A stretch of 32,000 bases of DNA from Candidatus Saccharimonadota bacterium (GTDB lineage Bacteria > Patescibacteriota > Gracilibacteria > UBA4473), in the NCBI GenBank assembly GCA_963677105.1, contig OY781871.1, positions 330,001 to 362,000 of the forward strand, read 5' to 3'. The notes under the pieces are model-generated. The model was not told where the DNA came from and ran no database searches. It worked only from the letters and a program-made list of their open reading frames with translations. Position 1 is the first letter of the stretch, and every line of letters starts with the position of its first letter. A program made the translations under genes and the position numbers. This document shows, piece by piece, positions 24,602-30,400 of the stretch.

Positions 24602-25830
24602 GTGATTATAAAATAGTGAGCATTGAAGATGTTTGCACTATCACAAAAGGTTCTACCGGAATTCAAAAGGCTATTGATGGAGATTTTCCGATGGTTACTC
24701 TTGCCGAAAAAAGAAGGACACATAATGAATTTCAATTTAATTGTGAAGCAGTCTTAATTCCACTTGTTTCATCTACGGGTCACGGACACGCCAGCATGAA
24801 GAGAGTTCATTATCAAGAAGGGAAATTCGCTCTTGGCTCAATTCTTTGTGCTGTAATACCTAAAGATACCAATTATTTAAATGCCAAATATCTTCATATC
24901 TATCTTTCGTATTTAAAGGAGAAATTACTGGTTCCTTTAATGCGAGGTGCTGCAAATGTTTCATTATCTATTTCTAATATAAAAACCGTTGAGGTGGTAA
25001 TACCGTCAATTGAGCGACAGCTTGAAATTATTGAGCTAGAGCAGGTGTTGCGAGTCCAAAAGCAAAAATTGGATCAGGAAAATATATTCCAACAGTCTCA
25101 TCTCAAGAATCTCCGTCAACAAATCCTCCAAGATGCAATTAGTGGGAAATTAACGACTGATTGGCGAGCCGAGAATCCTGATATCGAACCAGCAAGCGAA
25201 CTTCTCAAACAAATCAAAACAGAAAAAGAAAAATTGATTGCGGAGAAGAAAATAAAAAAAGGAAAACCACTTGCTCCGATTTCTGTGGAGGAAATTCCGT
25301 TTGATTTGCCAGAGGGATGGGTATGGTGTCGATTGGGAGAGATAATCATAATGAATTATGGCTCGGGTCTAACAAAGCACCAAAGAAAGTCGGATGGAGA
25401 ATATCCTGTCTTTGGATCAAATGGAATTGTTGGGCATCATGATGAATTTTTAACAGAACATAGAGCAATCATAATTGGGAGAAAAGGATCTGCAGGTGCA
25501 ATTAATACTTCAGATACTCCATCTTGGACAACAGATGTTGCTTATTTTGTTGAAGAAACACAAAATTTAGATTTCAAATATCTTTATTATCTCCTTAAAT
25601 CTTTAGGATTAGATTCTCTTGGAAAAGGTATTAAACCTGGTCTAAATAGAAATGAAGCTTATGCGTTACCAATTCCTCTCCCCCCACGTGCCGAACAAAA
25701 AGCAATTGTTATCAAAATCGAAAAACTAATGGAATACGTGGGACAGTTGGAAAAATTAGCAGAGAAGAATAAAGAGAATACGGACACATTGATGCAGGCG
25801 TTTCTGGGGGAAGTGTTTAGAAAAAAATAG
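24598..25830 (+). CDS. hsdS: type I R-M specificity subunit (two target-recognition domains)
   Basis: 410-aa ORF with two TRD-like halves. They are separated by a central conserved helix (LRQQILQDAISGKLT). The second half opens with the classic LPEGWVWCRLGEI, and the C-terminal conserved region has PLPPRAEQKAIV... Confidence 0.9.
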   Translation: MSDYKIVSIEDVCTITKGSTGIQKAIDGDFPMVTLAEKRRTHNEFQFNCEAVLIPLVSSTGHGHASMKRVHYQEGKFALGSILCAVIPKDTNYLNAKYLHIYLSYLKEKLLVPLMRGAANVSLSISNIKTVEVVIPSIERQLEIIELEQVLRVQKQKLDQENIFQQSHLKNLRQQILQDAISGKLTTDWRAENPDIEPASELLKQIKTEKEKLIAEKKIKKGKPLAPISVEEIPFDLPEGWVWCRLGEIIIMNYGSGLTKHQRKSDGEYPVFGSNGIVGHHDEFLTEHRAIIIGRKGSAGAINTSDTPSWTTDVAYFVEETQNLDFKYLYYLLKSLGLDSLGKGIKPGLNRNEAYALPIPLPPRAEQKAIVIKIEKLMEYVGQLEKLAEKNKENTDTLMQAFLGEVFRKK

Positions 25831-25832
25831 AT

Positions 25833-26414
25833 ATGAATATTAACAAGCCCTCGTTACAAGAAATACACAATTATCTCGAAAAATGGGATTCATTGGATAG
25901 TTATGTGTCACAAGAAAGCAGTTTGAAGAAATTATTTTCAAAAACATATCCTCAAAACATAGAATTGGATGATGTGCTTATAAAAGTATGTGCTCTTAAT
26001 GATTTTTACAGTACCAATATTTTTTCACCCTTTGCTGTAGCAAAACATATCGTAGCCTTAAATATCGACAAAATTTTAGATAAAAATGATCTAGAAATTG
26101 TAAATAAAATTGCCTATGTGGAGGTAAAAGATGGGATTTTCAAAAATTTTTATTCCTTTGCGACAAAATACTGCAGTCATCATAAGCCCACGATCTATCC
26201 CATATATGATTCGTATCTAGAAAAGATTCTGATGTATTTTAAAAAGAAAGATAAATTTTGTACTTTCAAAAAGGAAGAGTTGAAAACATATTCAGAATTT
26301 AAAAGAATTCTTATGGAGTTCAGGGAATTCTATGGATTAGAGGTATTTGATTTAAAACAAATAGATAAGTATTTATGGCAATTGGGAAAAGAATATTTTC
26401 CAAGAAAGTATTAA
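25833..26414 (+). CDS. hypothetical soluble protein Z, last gene of the R-M operon
   Basis: 193-aa ORF starting 2 nt after the hsdS stop. Conserved-looking blocks are CALNDFYSTNIF and SFATKYCSHHKPTIYPIYDSYLEKIL. No family can be named from memory. Confidence 0.6.
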   Translation: MNINKPSLQEIHNYLEKWDSLDSYVSQESSLKKLFSKTYPQNIELDDVLIKVCALNDFYSTNIFSPFAVAKHIVALNIDKILDKNDLEIVNKIAYVEVKDGIFKNFYSFATKYCSHHKPTIYPIYDSYLEKILMYFKKKDKFCTFKKEELKTYSEFKRILMEFREFYGLEVFDLKQIDKYLWQLGKEYFPRKY

Positions 26415-26504
26415 TGCTATATTTAGAAAATTCGCTTAGTGCCCCTTCGCCATAAGTACACGGGTCTATCGAGTTTATTATTCACCGATCCAATTCCACA
26501 AGGC

Positions 26505-26531
26505 ATAAAGAAAAAGCGGGTCTAGAACCCG
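26505..26531 (-). terminator. weak intrinsic terminator downstream of tRNA-Gln (may also serve the + strand R-M operon)
   Basis: Stem CGGGT/ACCCG (26517-26521 with 26527-26531) and a 5-nt loop. On the minus strand it is followed by CTTTTTCTTTAT (26516-26505). The short stem keeps confidence low. Confidence 0.4.
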
Positions 26532-26577
26532 TCTTATATCTTTGTCTGTAGGACACTATTGAATATAGTGCAGCAGT

Positions 26578-26652
26578 TGGCTGGGGCGGAGGGATTCGAA
26601 CCCCCGAATGCTGGTACCAGAAACCAGTGCCTTACCACTTGGCGACGCCCCA
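26578..26652 (-). tRNA. tRNA-Gln (anticodon CUG), CCA encoded
   Basis: The minus-strand 75-nt sequence is TGGGGCGTCGCCAAGTGGTAAGGCACTGGTTTCTGGTACCAGCATTCGGGGGTTCGAATCCCTCCGCCCCAGCCA. It folds into a cloverleaf with a 7-bp acceptor stem (U1-A72, typical of tRNA-Gln) and a GG-containing D loop. The anticodon stem is CTGGT/ACCAG with loop TTCTGGT (anticodon CTG), the T arm is GGGGG-TTCGAAT-CCCTC, and the discriminator G precedes CCA. It is very similar to E. coli tRNA-Gln(CUG). Confidence 0.95.
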
Positions 26653-26713
26653 ATAACGAAAAGATTCTATTTTCCTTCTCAAAAAAATCAAGTTTAATTC
26701 TAAATATAGTGCA

Positions 26714-26742
26714 TAAAAAAACTCTCCAATGGAGAGTTTTTC
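26714..26742 (-). terminator. rho-independent terminator after the 26764..27591 gene (bidirectional in form)
   Basis: The 7-bp stem ACTCTCC/GGAGAGT (26721-26727 with 26731-26737) has a 3-nt loop. It is flanked by an A-run (26715-26720) and a T-run (26738-26741), giving a U-tract in either orientation. It lies 23 nt past the minus-strand stop. Confidence 0.7.
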
Positions 26743-26763
26743 TTTGTTGTGAAATAAGAAGTT

Positions 26764-27591
26764 TTACTGCTCTGCAATTTTCTGTAAATCTTTTGTAAAT
26801 TCTGCAACACCTGGAAGTACTTCTACTGCTTTTTTAATAAAAAATTCAGCACGTCCTTGTAATAGAGAATTTTGTGGTTCAGATCGTTTTTGAAGTAGTA
26901 TAAGAAATACTGTATTTAAATGCTTTATTGCGTCAACTCGCGCGTTTTGTTCTATGTCTGCTGCTTTCATAATATTGTCCCATAAAAGAGTTCGAATCTC
27001 TGTATCAGAAACTTCTGCATTGAGCATCATATCTCGTAAACGCATTAATGTTATTTCACATTCATCCATGATTTTATCTATTTTCTTCGCTCCAAAAATC
27101 TTTCGATACAAGACTGACATACGAAATACATCACCACGAGAAACTAAATCAAACGGCTTGTCATTCGGTCCAACTGCTCCGAGTCCTGTTGCAATAACAA
27201 ATGGTGGAACAAACCATGCTGAGGCATCTTGTGCTTCACAATCTGGCACATCAAACGTGTTACATAATATTTTTGTTAAGGTCGCATAATTTAATAATTC
27301 TGCTGGATCTGGAGTTGTTGATAATATTTTTTGTTCCTTCACATCTTCAAATGTTGGATTTTCAACTCCTTTCACTTTTGCTAAAAAGTATGCTGCATGC
27401 TCCTTTGAGATGACATCACTCGGACGAATTTCTCCTCCACTTGGAAGAATCCCATCTGCGATAAGTTCCAAAACCGCTTCACTCGCAGGATCTGCTGGTG
27501 TTATATCTTTTGGTAAAACTAAATCTCCTGCAAAAACACTCGAAACGAGAAAGCAGAAAGAAAACAGAAAGCCGATGTGTTTGTAATTCAT
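26764..27591 (-). CDS. secreted hypothetical protein with degenerate SLH-like N-terminal segment
   Basis: 275-aa ORF with signal peptide MNYKHIGFLFSFCFLVSSVFAG. ADPASEAVLELIADGILPSGGEIRPSDVISKEHAAYFLAK loosely fits the SLH pattern. The C-terminal half looks helical and has no known motif. Confidence 0.6.
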   Translation of the reverse strand: MNYKHIGFLFSFCFLVSSVFAGDLVLPKDITPADPASEAVLELIADGILPSGGEIRPSDVISKEHAAYFLAKVKGVENPTFEDVKEQKILSTTPDPAELLNYATLTKILCNTFDVPDCEAQDASAWFVPPFVIATGLGAVGPNDKPFDLVSRGDVFRMSVLYRKIFGAKKIDKIMDECEITLMRLRDMMLNAEVSDTEIRTLLWDNIMKAADIEQNARVDAIKHLNTVFLILLQKRSEPQNSLLQGRAEFFIKKAVEVLPGVAEFTKDLQKIAEQ

Positions 27592-27747
27592 TTTTATATG
27601 AAATTTTATTTTCTTTCACTGTATAAAATATTTTCTCAACTTCTACAAATATTTCTGAAAGAACTGAGTTGATTTTTTGTTCAAGATAACGTATAATGTC
27701 TGGATACATTTGTATCAAAACCTGAATTTTTTTCATCACAAACAGAT

Positions 27748-28656
27748 ATGTTGGCCCAACACACCAAATACCGAAAGCTATGTATAATCTTATTTATAGC
27801 TTTATTTTTTATTAATTATTCATTTGCTCAAGGAATGATTCCTGGAAGCGGAGACGAAGAAGAAATCTCATCGTGGGTTCTTGATTTTTCTGGATCAGGT
27901 TCAAATCAAAATCAAGTAGCAAGTACCAATCCTGAATTTCATGAATGGAATATTGGAGCTGCTATGGGATATGAAGAACCATCTCCTGCTCCCGCTCCAT
28001 CGTCTGGTGGAGGAGGGAGTACTCACGGAGGACGTCTTGGAACAGCAAATTATTCTCTTCAAAATCGATCTAAACTCGCAACGCTTGGACGACAAGCTGC
28101 AGCAGCAATTGCTGCCAAAGAAGCAGAACATGCAGCTGCTCCATTGGAAGAAATCGCACCTGAACATTCTGATCATTTCGATCCTGTTGACGACTTCCTT
28201 GTCGCTGAAGCGGGAAATAGTGAATTGGTAACTCCATACGAAGCACCTGTTATGCAAAAACAAGAAGAAGTTGTTGTACAGAAAAAACCTGTTGCCGTCA
28301 CAACAACAAAAAAAGTACAGAAAAATATTTCTGTTCCACACAAAACTACATCTTCACAACCACACATTTCTCGACCTCAATCTTATGAAGCTGAACGAAT
28401 AATTATTACTCCAAATAAATGGATGAATGTTCAACCAACGCATTTGATGTCATGGGATGGAATCGAAGAAGATATCCGCACATATAAATATGATGTTATT
28501 CGAAAACAAATACTTCACACTATTATAATAATTGGAAAGACTCTCTTTTATGTTGGGGTTTTAGGAATTTTACTAGCGCTTTTCTTTCGAAAAGAGTTAT
28601 CAATTTATAGACATCGTAGCGCTCGGCAATTAACTCTTTTTTCTCTTCTAAAATGA
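27748..28656 (+). CDS. hypothetical envelope protein: signal peptide, low-complexity Gly/Ser/Pro/Ala region, C-terminal TM anchor
   Basis: 302-aa ORF. N-terminus LCIILFIALFFINYSFAQG; low-complexity region PSPAPAPSSGGGGSTHGG; C-terminal helix FYVGVLGILLALFF followed by basic residues. The stop overlaps the next start (ATGA at 28653-28656). Confidence 0.65.
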   Translation: MLAQHTKYRKLCIILFIALFFINYSFAQGMIPGSGDEEEISSWVLDFSGSGSNQNQVASTNPEFHEWNIGAAMGYEEPSPAPAPSSGGGGSTHGGRLGTANYSLQNRSKLATLGRQAAAAIAAKEAEHAAAPLEEIAPEHSDHFDPVDDFLVAEAGNSELVTPYEAPVMQKQEEVVVQKKPVAVTTTKKVQKNISVPHKTTSSQPHISRPQSYEAERIIITPNKWMNVQPTHLMSWDGIEEDIRTYKYDVIRKQILHTIIIIGKTLFYVGVLGILLALFFRKELSIYRHRSARQLTLFSLLK

Positions 28657-30260
28657 AGCGAATCCTCTTTACTATTTTTATAACTACTGCGCTGTTTGGA
28701 TCTGTACAAGCAGAAACCCCTGAGTACTTTATTGCTCGGGGACGCATCGTTAATAAAGATTTAAAGTCAGTTCCTGGGTCATATAGAATTCGTGCCAGTA
28801 TTTGGAACACAGCTGATGCTCCTGAAGAATGGAGTAATGATTATTTATGGAGAGAAAACCAAACAGTGCAAATACTGGAAGACGGTATTTTTGAAATCCG
28901 AATTGGAAGCAGAAGAAGACTTCCAAATCCTTTCGATTTTGAAGAATATGCCTTTCTTCAATTGGATATTAAAAAAGATAATGATCCCTTTCAAATACTT
29001 GATCCTCGTCCTATGAATGAGGAAATTGATCGTATTAATCTTCTTACATTACCATCAAAAAAACAATCAGAAGCAAGAATTATTTCTCCTCTTCCTCCAC
29101 ATTTAGAAATAATAAATCCTCCTTATGGAGAAGTGACACATATGACAGATATGAATATAAAAACAAATCTTGTTTCACTGAATACTAATGTCGTAAAAAT
29201 AGATAAAAACACACAAGATAACGCTTCTAAAATTGATTCCTTACACGAAGAAGTTCTTGAATTGGAAGAAAAGTTATCCGTTTCTCTTGATGCTCAATCA
29301 TTACAAACAAACTTAAATACACTTAATAAGAATCAAGAAACTCTCCCCGATAAGGAAGATTCTTTTATTGGAGATATTCAATACGTAGTAGATGAACAGA
29401 AACTTGCTGCCTTTGATGGAAATAAATGGAGTCGCCTTGCCAATGAAAATGATTTGAAAAAATCTATGGAAAAGACAATTCAAAAAACATTTTATTATCA
29501 TGATGAAATTATAAAAGTGGATCAAAAACGAGAAGCTATTCCAGGACTTTTTTACTGGGACAAAGACGAATCAACATATTTTGTTGGAATGGCTGATGGA
29601 TCTCTACGTTCTCTTTTTACTGGTATTCCTCTTCGTGAAGAAAAACCTATTCCTAATGATTGGACTGATTTTCGAACAGTGAAAATTGAAAACATGGATA
29701 TTCAAAAAGAAAAAGAAACAATAATCGAGCAAAGCCCTGCATATGGATTACAAATCCAATCCTCAAAGAATCGTGAAAACTGTTCAATCGCTTTTCCTAA
29801 TTTTCAATTTGATGGTTACGAAAACAAAACATATGAAGCAGTATTTTATACGGGAGATATGAGTGGAAAATTATTGCTTGGATTAATGGATGGGAAAACT
29901 CTTCCGTCAAGTAAATCTCTCGGAAAAAGTACGGCGATTGGGGTATATATGTATGTACAAGAAGAATCCAATTTATTGTATGGAAAACGTAAAAACGGAA
30001 AATCTTTATATGATTCATTTGATTTAGCGGAACAGTGGAAACCAGACACTTTTTATCGAATCACTTTTAGACAAGAAAACACAAAGGAATTAAAAGGCCT
30101 TCTTACTATAGACGAAGTATCGAAAGATGACTTCAACAAACCTATCAAAACAATTGTAAACCATGAATTTTATTTCGATGGTCTTTCGGATACGTTAAAG
30201 CCTTACCTTTTTGGTAGTGGGCAATCTGGTTACTCTTTTGTAGCCTTCCGAACTTATTAA
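28653..30260 (+). CDS. secreted hypothetical protein sharing an N-terminal module with the downstream fibre-like protein
   Basis: 535-aa ORF with signal peptide MKRILFTIFITTALFGSVQA. The N-terminal module PEYFIARGRIV...YRIRASIW...LWRENQTVQILEDGIFEIRIGS...LPN is paralogous to PNYFQYQGRLL...YQMRFSLW...WQEVQTITTDSQGFFIANVGS...LPN of the next gene. It has a central coiled-coil-like stretch. Confidence 0.7.
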   Translation: MKRILFTIFITTALFGSVQAETPEYFIARGRIVNKDLKSVPGSYRIRASIWNTADAPEEWSNDYLWRENQTVQILEDGIFEIRIGSRRRLPNPFDFEEYAFLQLDIKKDNDPFQILDPRPMNEEIDRINLLTLPSKKQSEARIISPLPPHLEIINPPYGEVTHMTDMNIKTNLVSLNTNVVKIDKNTQDNASKIDSLHEEVLELEEKLSVSLDAQSLQTNLNTLNKNQETLPDKEDSFIGDIQYVVDEQKLAAFDGNKWSRLANENDLKKSMEKTIQKTFYYHDEIIKVDQKREAIPGLFYWDKDESTYFVGMADGSLRSLFTGIPLREEKPIPNDWTDFRTVKIENMDIQKEKETIIEQSPAYGLQIQSSKNRENCSIAFPNFQFDGYENKTYEAVFYTGDMSGKLLLGLMDGKTLPSSKSLGKSTAIGVYMYVQEESNLLYGKRKNGKSLYDSFDLAEQWKPDTFYRITFRQENTKELKGLLTIDEVSKDDFNKPIKTIVNHEFYFDGLSDTLKPYLFGSGQSGYSFVAFRTY

Positions 30261-30400
30261 GTTTTTAACCTCCTAAAAATGGAAATACACAATATCGGCT
30301 ATGGATGATCTGAGTAAGAAATCATCAACGAAGAGATTCAAAATCTAATGTAAAAAGAATCTATAAAAAAATATCACATTATATAATCTAAAATTCAAAA

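Larger units (their letters stand above)
14037..26577. mobile_element. putative integrated accessory/defence island next to tRNA-Gln (boundaries tentative)
   Basis: Contains a large serine recombinase, a TerS-like HTH protein, a ParB-methyltransferase, three nuclease-type genes and a type I R-M operon. The right end abuts the tRNA-Gln 3' end. ATAG(C/T)GCAGCAGT occurs at 14037-14049 and 26565-26577 (12 of 13 identical). Serine integrases need no long direct repeats, so the boundaries are a hypothesis. Confidence 0.3.

Noticed and set aside
17825-25830. Idea that the serine recombinase drives hsdS phase variation (shufflon)
   Set aside because: Only one hsdS gene is present. I saw no silent hsdS' copies or inverted repeats inside 24598..25830. 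The recombinase is the large integrase type, not a small invertase.
26559-26798. 79-aa + strand ORF
   Set aside because: It runs straight across the antisense of tRNA-Gln and the terminator hairpin, so it is an artefact of ORF calling.
27479-27739. 86-aa minus-strand ORF upstream of and overlapping the 26764..27591 gene
   Set aside because: It overlaps that gene's 5' end by 113 nt in another frame. Only its first ~49 codons lie in the intergenic region, with no supporting signal. The region is more likely a divergent promoter.
27901-28367. ORFs on both strands inside the 27748..28656 gene (146, 96 and 64 aa)
   Set aside because: They arise from the low-complexity Ala/Gly/Ser/Pro-coding stretch, and their translations are Cys/Phe/Ser-rich and implausible.
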